DNA from: a bacterium
GTDB lineage: Bacteria; Bacillota_I; Bacilli_A; RFN20; CAG-826
Assembly: GCA_963605025.1 (NCBI GenBank)
Contig: CAVCSZ010000002.1
Coordinates: 16,996-80,995, forward strand
DNA: 64,000 nt
Reading direction: 5' to 3'
Below are positions 8,411 to 17,217 of this stretch, piece by piece. Made by a program: the position numbers and the translations under genes. Under the pieces are notes generated by a model. The model was not told the DNA's origin. It saw nothing but the letters and a program-made list of their open reading frames with translations, and did no database searches. Numbering within the stretch: position 1 is the stretch's first letter; each line of letters opens with the position of its first letter.

Positions 8411-9172
8411 ATGAGTTTAGGAAAATATAAATTTTTAGATTTATGTGTTTTTTCCATCTTAGCAATTATATTTGAGTTATTGAATTTCTTTGCTACTACA
8501 ACCGTTTTAGGTGAGTATAGACTTATATTTTTATCTTATTCGGTAATTTTATCCTTAATTTGCATTTACAGAGATGGAATTATGGGTATTATTGTTGCAA
8601 TAAGTGGATCACTTGCAGCTTGTATTGCAGGAAAGTCTTCTGAACTTTCTCAATATGTTGCCTATATAGGTGGAGCAATATCATTAATTATTCCAGTATT
8701 GATATTTCAATATTTAATAGGTAGAAAAAAACTAAAAAAGAATTATGTTTTTGTACCATATCTAATTATTAGTTATGGTTTTGTAATTCTTACAAGATGT
8801 TTCATTCTTGGTTTATTTAATTATTCATCATTTAATACAGTATTCATTGATAATTTAAAAGTAGAATGTGTATTAGAAAGTATGAGCATAGTAATATCTA
8901 TAATTATATTATTAATTGCTAATCGTAAAAAATCTCAACTTATTGTTGAAAGTAAAGAATATATTAAATATGTTCAAGAAAGAAATAAATTAGGTCATTT
9001 AAAAGAATATCAAGAAGCTCCAAACTTCAATAGTGACAAACCCTTCACTGAATTTGGACAGATTGATAATTCTAATTTACTTGATGGTGGCGAATTAACT
9101 GCTAAAGAGTTAAAAGAATTAGATGACTTATATAAATCTCATTTAAATGATGAGAATAATAAAAAGGAATAA
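8411..9172 (+). CDS. Uncharacterised multi-pass membrane protein with a charged C-terminal tail
   Basis: 253 aa. About 5-6 hydrophobic helices followed by an acidic/Lys-rich tail of about 70 aa. RBS AAGGGG. First gene of the transporter operon. Confidence 0.7.
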   Translation: MSLGKYKFLDLCVFSILAIIFELLNFFATTTVLGEYRLIFLSYSVILSLICIYRDGIMGIIVAISGSLAACIAGKSSELSQYVAYIGGAISLIIPVLIFQYLIGRKKLKKNYVFVPYLIISYGFVILTRCFILGLFNYSSFNTVFIDNLKVECVLESMSIVISIIILLIANRKKSQLIVESKEYIKYVQERNKLGHLKEYQEAPNFNSDKPFTEFGQIDNSNLLDGGELTAKELKELDDLYKSHLNDENNKKE

Positions 9173-9176
9173 GGTT

Positions 9177-10193
9177 ATGGAAGAAAAAAGTAAAACTGAA
9201 TTTGAAAGAAAACGTGTCCAACTTTACTATGAAAAACATTATTGGAAATTTGTTGGAAAACGTATCTTAAAAGATTGGCGTTTATATGTAATGCTTTTAC
9301 CACTTGTCTTAGTATTTATCTTCTGGAGATATTTACCAATGTATGGTTTAACTATTGCATTTAAAGATTTTAATACTGGATTAGGTATTATGGGTAGTAA
9401 CTTTGTCGGTTTAGCTGGTTTTAAAGCTATTATGACTGACCCATTATTCTGGAGAGCATTTAGAAATACATTTATGCTTGCTTTCTATGGATTATTATTT
9501 GGTTTCCCATTCCCTATTATTCTTGCATTATTATTTAGTGAAGTTAAAAATCAAGTTTATAGAAGTGTTATTCAAATTTTCTCATACCTTCCTAAATTTG
9601 TCTCATTAGTTGTTGTTACTACACTTGTTCAACTTCTTGTTGCACCTCAAACATCTTCATATGGAGGTGGTGTTATTACACAATTCTTAACTGCAATTCA
9701 TTTACTTCCACAAGGTGCTGATTTATTAAAAGATCCTCAATACTTTAGAGCAGTTTATCAAGTTTCAGGTATTTGGGAAGCTGCAGGTTATGGATCTATT
9801 GTTTATTTCGCTGCTATTTTATCAATTTCACCTACAAGTTATGAAGCTGCTAGAATGGATGGTGCAAGTAAATTATCACAAATTAGATATGTTACATTCC
9901 CTGGAATTGGTTCAACATTAACTATTATGTTAATTCTTGAAATTGGTAAATTATTTACAGTTGGTTATGAAAAAGTTTACCTTTTATACAATAATAGTAT
10001 TTATGAAACAGCAGATATCGTTTCAACTTACGTTATGAGAAATGCAGGTATGGCTACAAGTGATGGAACATTAAGTTTATTATCTAAAGCTATTGCTGCA
10101 AGTGCTGATTTATTCAATGCAATTATTGCTATGTTACTTGTTATTGGTAGTAACATGATCGCTCGTAAGATAAGCGATACATCTTTATATTAA
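9177..10193 (+). CDS. Sugar ABC transporter permease (LplB/MalF-like)
   Basis: EAA-type loop YEAARMDGASKLSQIRYVTFPG and multiple TM helices. The ATG at 9177 has RBS AAGGAATAAGG. The track start at 9147 would overlap the upstream gene. Confidence 0.85.
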   Translation: MEEKSKTEFERKRVQLYYEKHYWKFVGKRILKDWRLYVMLLPLVLVFIFWRYLPMYGLTIAFKDFNTGLGIMGSNFVGLAGFKAIMTDPLFWRAFRNTFMLAFYGLLFGFPFPIILALLFSEVKNQVYRSVIQIFSYLPKFVSLVVVTTLVQLLVAPQTSSYGGGVITQFLTAIHLLPQGADLLKDPQYFRAVYQVSGIWEAAGYGSIVYFAAILSISPTSYEAARMDGASKLSQIRYVTFPGIGSTLTIMLILEIGKLFTVGYEKVYLLYNNSIYETADIVSTYVMRNAGMATSDGTLSLLSKAIAASADLFNAIIAMLLVIGSNMIARKISDTSLY

Positions 10194-10211
10194 TGGAGGA
10201 AATAATAAATT

Positions 10212-11096
10212 ATGAAACGTTTAGACGCATCCGAAATTATATTTAAGATTTTAGCTTATACATTCTTAACAGTATTTGCTATATTCTGTTTATACCCATT
10301 TGTTTATTCAATTTGTGCTGCTATTGCAGGTAAAACTCAAATGGAAGCAGGATCATTAATTTTATTCCCTTCTGAATTCCAATTTGATGCATTTATTTAT
10401 ACATTCCAACAAAAAACATTCTGGATTTCATATTCAAATACATTATTCTTAACTGCATTAGGTACAATCTTCGCAATGGTAGTATCAATTTATGGTGGTT
10501 ATGCATTAAGTAAAAAGAGAATGCCATTTAATAGAGTATTAAACTTCTTACTTGTATTTACAATGTGGTTCTCAGCAGGTTTATTTGCTACTAAATTAAA
10601 TTACGATAACACTAAAGATATTTTCCATGCTATTGGAATTATCGATGATAAATGGTTAGTTGTCGTTGCAATGGGTTTAAATGCTTACAATGTTATTCTT
10701 TTAAGAAATGGCTTTGCAGGTGTTCCTAAGGAAGTTGAAGAAGCTGCTATTGTTGATGGAGCTACTGAAACTCAAATTTGTAATAAAGTTTATATTCCTA
10801 TGAGTAAAGCAACAATTGCTACAGTTGGTTTATTCTATGGTATTTCTAGATGGAATGGTTATTTCTGGGCTGCTCAAGTTGTCTCTGATGAATTACAACA
10901 ACCTCTTCAAGTTTATATTAAGAGCTTCTTAGATCAAATGAATTCATTAGATTCTCGTCCAGATTTCGGTAATTTCTCAATGACATCATTATTCTATTGT
11001 ATGATCGTTGCTGCAATTATCCCAATTATTATTATTTATCCATTCATTCAAAAATATTTTGCTGCTGGTGTTAATTTAGGTGGCGTTAAAGAATAG
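10212..11096 (+). CDS. Sugar ABC transporter permease (LplC/MalG-like)
   Basis: EAA loop EEAAIVDGATETQICNKVYIPM; 6 predicted TM helices; RBS GGAGG. Confidence 0.9.
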   Translation: MKRLDASEIIFKILAYTFLTVFAIFCLYPFVYSICAAIAGKTQMEAGSLILFPSEFQFDAFIYTFQQKTFWISYSNTLFLTALGTIFAMVVSIYGGYALSKKRMPFNRVLNFLLVFTMWFSAGLFATKLNYDNTKDIFHAIGIIDDKWLVVVAMGLNAYNVILLRNGFAGVPKEVEEAAIVDGATETQICNKVYIPMSKATIATVGLFYGISRWNGYFWAAQVVSDELQQPLQVYIKSFLDQMNSLDSRPDFGNFSMTSLFYCMIVAAIIPIIIIYPFIQKYFAAGVNLGGVKE

Positions 11097-11159
11097 TTTA
11101 TAAAGTAGTTAATACTTATAATAAATAAAAAACTTAAAATTAAAGGAGATTTTAAAAAA

Positions 11160-13349
11160 ATGAAAAATAAAAGATTTTTAAGTGTTTTAAGTGCAGGATT
11201 ATTAGGTTTAGTTCTTACTGCATGTGGTGGAGGTTCTACAGTTGATCCAACTCCAACTCCAGATCCAGATCCAGTTGAACCAGATACACCAGATGTTCCT
11301 GATTTACCAGATGAACATTGTACATTAAGTATGTCTGTTAACTATGATAAAACAACAGGTTTATCATATAATGAAGATACAGACTATAGTACTCCAAATG
11401 GTACAAAAATTAAAAAAGGTGATTTAAAACCAGTTTGGGCTTCAGTATCAAAACAATTAGATTTCACAATCGATGATGTTACTGATTCAAGTGGAAAAGC
11501 AACTGATTATTTCAAAAATAACTGGAAAACAAATCAATATGCTGATATTACAGTAGGTAACGTTACTGATATTTCTTCTTATGGTACAGAAACAGGTACA
11601 ATCTTAGATTTAAATGAATATATGGATTATCTTCCAAACTTCAAAGCTTTCTTAGAAGCAAATCCAATTGTTAAAGTTTCTATTGAAACAACTTCATATA
11701 AAGATTCAAGTAAGAGTGCAATCTATTATGCTCCATATTTCGATGGTTTCGATGATGTTGAAAAATATACATTAGTAAGAGCAGATTTCGTTAGAAAAAT
11801 CTTAGATGAAGAAAATGTTGAATGGGATACAAATACAGGTCTTTTAACAAATGCTTCTTATAAAGGTTTAGAAGGAGATACAAGTTTTGAAGCTTCAGTT
11901 CCTGCATCAATGGAAAGTTTAGAAACAAAAACTATTTCTAAAAAATCAGGTGTTGAAAATATTATTACTCAACAAAATAAATTAATTGAAGCTGGTAAAG
12001 CAGATGCTAAAACATTAGTTGCTCAATTCAGACAATATATTAGTGATAAATATGGATCACAATATGCAACAAAATCAGATTTATTCTTAGGAGTTGATGC
12101 TTCTTATGATGCTGATGAAATGATTGCTTTGATGAGAATTGTTAAAGCTTCTCCAAAAGCATTAACAGGTGATGCAAGTACAGAAATGATCGCATTTGTT
12201 CCAAGAGAATATAATAACTCAAGACTTTCTGACCTTTATAGATGGGGCGCAAGCTTATGGGGTGTCAGAGGATTAGAATCAAGAAAAGGTTACTTATATG
12301 TTGGTGCTGATGGCCAAATCCATGACGCTAGAGGCGAAAGCGATACAGTTGAATTAATTTCAAACTTAAATGCTTTATACAATGAAGGATTAATTCTCCA
12401 AAACCTCGAAACAAAAGCACAATATGGTATTACTGATGGTAAATTTGCTGCTGGATTATTCAATGGTAATGGTACATCAAATGAAAATGGTAAATGGTGT
12501 GGATTCATGGAATATGATTATTCACAATCACAAGGTGCTTGGAATGATAAAGCAGGTTCAAAAGCATTAGAAGGATACGATTTCAGACCTATCGTTAATG
12601 CATTTGCTCAATGGGACGATAAAGAAAGTGGATCAACATGGATGCAATTCACAGAAAGCTGGAGAAGTGTTAAAACTGAAGGTTGGTGTATTAATTCAGC
12701 TATTGTTAAAGACGAAGCTAAATTAGCAAAAGCATTAAAATTATTTGATTTCTTCTATAGTGATGAAGGTCAAGCATTATACACAGCTGGTCCAAAAGAT
12801 GAAGGTTACTATACAGAAATTGTTGATGGTGTACCTCAATTATCAGAAGCTACATTAGCACAATTCCACGATACATCAATTGGTAAAGATAACTATACTA
12901 ACTATTTCAGAAAATATGTTGGTGCTGGTTTAAATATCGGTTCTGTTAAAAATTATGGTGTTGAAGTACAATGTACAAACGCTAAAGCAGTTGCAGGATG
13001 TAACATTGTTGCTCATGCATTAAAGGTTGGAACATTCAAACATACAGAATTAGAATTCACAGATGAACCATTCTATACAATTACACCAAGCTCATTCAAT
13101 TTAGCAGCTGGTGAATCTACACAAATTGCTGCATTAGAAAGTGCTGGATTAAATAATATTCATACAAATTCATCTACATCTAATTTCAATATTTGGAATA
13201 AATATGTTATGTATGGATTTGGTGGAACAACATCTACAGGCGAAGCATTAAAGTCAAAAGAAGCTTACTTAACTTGGGTTAATGATGAATTAAGCTTAAA
13301 GAAAGAAGTTAAAATTTATAATGATGCTTACGAATTAATGAAATTATAA
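11160..13349 (+). CDS. Extracellular solute-binding lipoprotein (oligosaccharide-binding, LplA/YtcQ-like, enlarged)
   Basis: Signal peptide with lipobox LTACGG. P/T/D-rich linker TPTPDPDPVEPDTPDVPDLPDE. 729 aa. RBS AAAGGAG. Confidence 0.85.
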   Translation: MKNKRFLSVLSAGLLGLVLTACGGGSTVDPTPTPDPDPVEPDTPDVPDLPDEHCTLSMSVNYDKTTGLSYNEDTDYSTPNGTKIKKGDLKPVWASVSKQLDFTIDDVTDSSGKATDYFKNNWKTNQYADITVGNVTDISSYGTETGTILDLNEYMDYLPNFKAFLEANPIVKVSIETTSYKDSSKSAIYYAPYFDGFDDVEKYTLVRADFVRKILDEENVEWDTNTGLLTNASYKGLEGDTSFEASVPASMESLETKTISKKSGVENIITQQNKLIEAGKADAKTLVAQFRQYISDKYGSQYATKSDLFLGVDASYDADEMIALMRIVKASPKALTGDASTEMIAFVPREYNNSRLSDLYRWGASLWGVRGLESRKGYLYVGADGQIHDARGESDTVELISNLNALYNEGLILQNLETKAQYGITDGKFAAGLFNGNGTSNENGKWCGFMEYDYSQSQGAWNDKAGSKALEGYDFRPIVNAFAQWDDKESGSTWMQFTESWRSVKTEGWCINSAIVKDEAKLAKALKLFDFFYSDEGQALYTAGPKDEGYYTEIVDGVPQLSEATLAQFHDTSIGKDNYTNYFRKYVGAGLNIGSVKNYGVEVQCTNAKAVAGCNIVAHALKVGTFKHTELEFTDEPFYTITPSSFNLAAGESTQIAALESAGLNNIHTNSSTSNFNIWNKYVMYGFGGTTSTGEALKSKEAYLTWVNDELSLKKEVKIYNDAYELMKL

Positions 13350-13365
13350 TAAAAAAATATTTTAA

Positions 13366-13387
13366 GTTAGGGCCTTCGGGCCCTAAC
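13366..13387 (+). promoter_or_regulatory. GC-rich intercistronic stem-loop GTTAGGGCC-TTCG-GGCCCTAAC with no U-tract
   Basis: 9-bp perfect stem with a UUCG tetraloop. It is followed by GGTTATGGAGAAG (RBS) rather than a T-run. Confidence 0.6.
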
Positions 13388-13405
13388 GGTTATGGAGAAG
13401 AATAT

Positions 13406-14149
13406 ATGAAAGAAAATCCAAATACAAATAAAAATCTCATATTTAAATTACAAAAGCCTATTATTTTTGCGCTCTTTTTTTCTATGATACTTTTATTTGT
13501 CTATAGTTTAATTTTTATGACACCTTTCTATGATTTCTACATTACTGATTCTACTTTTAGTATTAGTAATGCTACTAATTATGGAGTATGGAGTACAGGT
13601 TATGCAGAAGGTGCTTATCAATATAGAAGTGGTAAGTTAGTTGGTTATAACTTAGCTTACTTTGTTAATTTTGTTAAACAAAATTTAACTACTGGAGTTG
13701 GTGGTGGACTTCAAGTTTATAATCACTTTTTATTTAATTTTGGATTAATTGGAATTGTTGTAACTGCAATTGGTTTTCTTTTCCATTCACAAAAAAGAGA
13801 AGTTTATTATGCTTCAAACTATATTACATTAGGTGCAGCAAGTTTATTTGGACTTGGAGTTGCAGGATATGGATTAGTAGAACTTCTTTCATGGAGTAAT
13901 TATTGTAAAAATAATGTTGCTTATAATGTTATTAATGCATATTATAATTATCAAAATGGTATTGCTCCTACAGAAATGAAAGAATTTTTCTCTTATAATA
14001 CATTTAGTTGGGTATTTGTTTTAGGAATTGTTGTATTTGCTATTATCGCAATTATTTCTATTTGTGGAATAGTTTATGGAGTTTCTAGATTCATTTATCA
14101 AAAGAAAAATCCTTGTATGGATTTAAGTGAGGTACAAATCGATGAATAG
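13406..14149 (+). CDS. Uncharacterised 4-TM membrane protein
   Basis: 247 aa. Basic N-tail, TM1, Tyr/Asn/Gly-rich loop, then three more hydrophobic helices. RBS GGAG. Confidence 0.7.
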   Translation: MKENPNTNKNLIFKLQKPIIFALFFSMILLFVYSLIFMTPFYDFYITDSTFSISNATNYGVWSTGYAEGAYQYRSGKLVGYNLAYFVNFVKQNLTTGVGGGLQVYNHFLFNFGLIGIVVTAIGFLFHSQKREVYYASNYITLGAASLFGLGVAGYGLVELLSWSNYCKNNVAYNVINAYYNYQNGIAPTEMKEFFSYNTFSWVFVLGIVVFAIIAIISICGIVYGVSRFIYQKKNPCMDLSEVQIDE

Positions 14150-14963
14150 TGTTAAAAGAGTATTTGTAAAAAATAATTTAAAAAGTGCAAATAGAAAAAT
14201 TGAATTTATTGAAAAAGAATTACCTGATTTAAAAACTAAATTTGAAGAAACTCAAACTGAGCTTGCTAATTATAAAGAAAAAGCTTTAGAATACAGTGCA
14301 GAAATTCAAAAAGAAGAAAATAAAGATGATCCTAATTTTAAAAAACAATATGCATCTTTCCAAAATGAATTCAAAGTTGTTACTAAAAGAGCTGGTAAAG
14401 CAAGCGAAAAATATAATAAAGCTTTAACAAAAATTGAAAATTTAAAATTAAAAGCTAAATTCTATGAACTTGATTTAGAAGGAAAATTACACGAAACACA
14501 TAGTGATATTATGCGTTATAAAAATAATAAAGCTTCTTTCTGGTTATGTATTTTAGCAATTTGCTTAAATGTAGCAATGTTCTTAATTATTTATAAAGAT
14601 AAAAATTGTACACCTGATGTTCAATTAGGTATCGATTTATTAATTAATATTTTAGTATTACTTGCTGCTTTCTTAATTGCAGAAAAAACTAAAACTTATA
14701 ATGTTAAGGGTGGTTATTTTGCAATTGGACTTGGTGTTATTGAAGCTTTAAGAATTTTCTGGAATCCTTTAAGATATTTCAATCAATATTTAGGAAGTAT
14801 GAATACTGATACAGTTATTGGATTAAGTACTGATAAATTTATTTGGTGTGCTGCTTTATTAATTGGAGCTGCATTAGCATTAATTGGTGCTGGAATTATT
14901 TGCTTACAAAAGAGTAAAAGATTAACTGAGCATCTTAAAACTTTAGAAGAAGGTGGTAAATAA
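14142..14963 (+). CDS. Uncharacterised membrane protein: N-terminal coiled-coil-like region plus 4 TM helices
   Basis: The ATG at 14142 is preceded by GTGAGGT and overlaps the upstream stop by 8 nt. A charged, heptad-like N-terminus of about 125 aa is followed by 4 hydrophobic helices. Confidence 0.65.
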   Translation: MNSVKRVFVKNNLKSANRKIEFIEKELPDLKTKFEETQTELANYKEKALEYSAEIQKEENKDDPNFKKQYASFQNEFKVVTKRAGKASEKYNKALTKIENLKLKAKFYELDLEGKLHETHSDIMRYKNNKASFWLCILAICLNVAMFLIIYKDKNCTPDVQLGIDLLINILVLLAAFLIAEKTKTYNVKGGYFAIGLGVIEALRIFWNPLRYFNQYLGSMNTDTVIGLSTDKFIWCAALLIGAALALIGAGIICLQKSKRLTEHLKTLEEGGK

Positions 14964-14965
14964 TT

Positions 14966-16045
14966 ATGGCAGAATTAAAATTAGAACACTTAAGAAAAGT
15001 TTATGATACAAATGGCGGCGTTTTAGCTGTTGAAGACTTTGATATTGATATCAAAGATGGTGAATTTATTGTTATTGTTGGTCCTTCTGGATGTGGTAAA
15101 TCTACAACATTAAGAATGATTGCAGGTCTTGAAGACATTACTGCTGGTAGAGCTTTCGTTGATGGAAAAGATGTCACTAACTTAGCTAGTAAAGATAGAG
15201 ATATGGCTATGGTTTTCCAAAACTATGCTTTATATGCTCACATGACTATTTATCAAAATATGGCTTTTTCATTAACTTTAAGAAAAACTCCAAAAGAAGA
15301 AATTCATGAAAAAGTTATGCACGCAAGTGAAATCTTAGGATTAAATGAACAATTAAATAAAAAACCTAAACAATTATCTGGTGGTCAAAGACAAAGAGTT
15401 GCTTTAGGTAGAGCTATTGTTAGAAATCCTAAAGTATTCTTATTTGATGAACCTTTAAGTAACTTAGATGCTAAATTAAGAGTCTCAATGAGAAGAGAAA
15501 TTAAATTATTACACCAAAAATTAGGTGCTACAATGATTTACGTTACTCACGATCAAATTGAAGCTTTAACTTTAGCAGATAGAATTGTTGTTATGAGTAT
15601 GGGTAAAGTACAACAAATTGGTACTCCAATTGAAGTATATTCTGATCCTAATAATATTTTCGTTGCTTCCTTTATTGGAAATCCTCCTATGAACTTTATT
15701 CATGGTGAAGTTACAGAAGATGGTTATTTTGTAAAAGGAGACATCAAATTTAAATTAGATGAAGCTAGATATGATTTATTAGGAAGAAACGGCTATCTTG
15801 GTAAAAAAGTATGCTTAGGTATTAGACCTGAACACTCAATTCAAAGTGATGAATTATCATTTGATATTGATTTAGTTGAACATTTAGGCAGTACAACATT
15901 ATTTATTTGCCATAGTGGAGATCAAAATTTAAAATTAAAACTTCCTGGATGGTTAGATATTAAACCTGGTGAAACTTTAAAAGTTGGATTCAATCAAGAT
16001 TTAATTTGTTTCTTTGATGAAGAAACTACAAATAGAATTAGATAG
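14966..16045 (+). CDS. msmX: MsmX/MalK-type sugar ABC transporter ATP-binding protein
   Basis: Walker A GPSGCGKST, LSGGQRQRV, FLFDEP, and a MalK-like regulatory C-domain; 359 aa. Confidence 0.9.
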   Translation: MAELKLEHLRKVYDTNGGVLAVEDFDIDIKDGEFIVIVGPSGCGKSTTLRMIAGLEDITAGRAFVDGKDVTNLASKDRDMAMVFQNYALYAHMTIYQNMAFSLTLRKTPKEEIHEKVMHASEILGLNEQLNKKPKQLSGGQRQRVALGRAIVRNPKVFLFDEPLSNLDAKLRVSMRREIKLLHQKLGATMIYVTHDQIEALTLADRIVVMSMGKVQQIGTPIEVYSDPNNIFVASFIGNPPMNFIHGEVTEDGYFVKGDIKFKLDEARYDLLGRNGYLGKKVCLGIRPEHSIQSDELSFDIDLVEHLGSTTLFICHSGDQNLKLKLPGWLDIKPGETLKVGFNQDLICFFDEETTNRIR

Positions 16046-16059
16046 GAGGAGGAAATAAT

Positions 16060-16698
16060 ATGAGTAAATTTAAACTTAAATTAAGAAAAGTTGCTATTTC
16101 ATTAAAAAGAAACTATTATGTTATTCCATTAATGTTTGTTTTTATTAGCTGCTTACAATTCTTATGCTCTTTATTTGTTTTATCACCTGCTTTTTCTAGA
16201 TTAGATGTTAACTTCTCAAGTGTAAATCCTGAAAATAGTATTGTTCTTGGAATGAGTGATGGTATGAAAAGCTTATTTGGAGCTTTATGGCCATATAATT
16301 GTATTTTCTTATTCTTAATTACATTATTTACAATTTTATATTGTGTTGCTTATTTACAATACGCAATGAAAAAATTTGGTAAAAAAAGACCATTACATAT
16401 GTTAATAATTTTCTTTGTATTATGGGCAATTAATATCTTATTACTTTTATTTATTTACGAATCAAATTCAATTAACTTAGTTGATGAAAGTTTAGCATTA
16501 GCTAAAGATCCAACAAGTGAAATTATTAAAAATTACTTAAGTTATGCAGAACAATCAAAAACATTATTATTAGTACATATTATTTTATCTATTATTACTG
16601 GTGTTATGGTTGCAACTGCTCCACTTGTACAAAAAGCTTTAAAGAAAATTACATTTAAACCAATCGAAGAAAAGAATGATGAAGCAAAAGAAAACTAA
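16060..16698 (+). CDS. Uncharacterised 4-TM membrane protein
   Basis: 212 aa. Basic N-tail and 4 hydrophobic helices. Strong RBS GGAGGAGG. Confidence 0.7.
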   Translation: MSKFKLKLRKVAISLKRNYYVIPLMFVFISCLQFLCSLFVLSPAFSRLDVNFSSVNPENSIVLGMSDGMKSLFGALWPYNCIFLFLITLFTILYCVAYLQYAMKKFGKKRPLHMLIIFFVLWAINILLLLFIYESNSINLVDESLALAKDPTSEIIKNYLSYAEQSKTLLLVHIILSIITGVMVATAPLVQKALKKITFKPIEEKNDEAKEN

Positions 16699-17215
16699 TG
16701 AACAAATAGAAAAAGAAAAAGAAATAGCTAGTTATCAAAAGACTAGCTTTTTCCAAAAAATACCATATTGGGTTAAGGCAATATTTTTAAAATATTGGTT
16801 TTATGGAGCGTTATTTTTCTTTGTCGCAATGGGTTTAAGCTTAAAGGGCGAAAATCTTGCAGTTGCAGGAGGTTTAGTTGGTGGTTTAGTATTTGATTTC
16901 ATGTATGGTAATTTATTACTTTTAATGGAAACTGAACCTGATCAACATGATAATTTTATTATTTATAAATCTAAAAAGATTTATTCAGTAATATTTAATA
17001 TTTTATTTGAACTTGCTGTATTTTTTGGAACTGCTTATTTATGTATTTGGTTTGTTTCATTATTTCCAACTCAAGAAGGTTATGCTACAAATTGGTGGTT
17101 CCAAGAACCATTATCAATGGCACTTGTTGCTTTGATAGTAGATGAATTTATTTTATTAATAAAATATATTATCAAACTTATTGTTTTTAAGATAAAAGAA
17201 AAGAAAAGAGGTTAA
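16676..17215 (+). CDS. Uncharacterised membrane protein
   Basis: 179 aa. Lys/Glu-rich N-terminus and about 4 hydrophobic helices. Overlaps the upstream gene by 23 nt. The start is uncertain. Confidence 0.6.
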   Translation: MMKQKKTNEQIEKEKEIASYQKTSFFQKIPYWVKAIFLKYWFYGALFFFVAMGLSLKGENLAVAGGLVGGLVFDFMYGNLLLLMETEPDQHDNFIIYKSKKIYSVIFNILFELAVFFGTAYLCIWFVSLFPTQEGYATNWWFQEPLSMALVALIVDEFILLIKYIIKLIVFKIKEKKRG

Positions 17216-17217
17216 TT

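Noticed and set aside
9147-9176. Upstream-extended starts offered by the track (9147, and likewise 14127, 19918, 27906, 42485, 49032, 62069, 62535)
   Set aside because: Internal ATGs (9177, 14142, 19981, 27969, 42494, 49047, 62078, 62544) have properly spaced Shine-Dalgarno sequences. The extensions overlap upstream genes or terminators.
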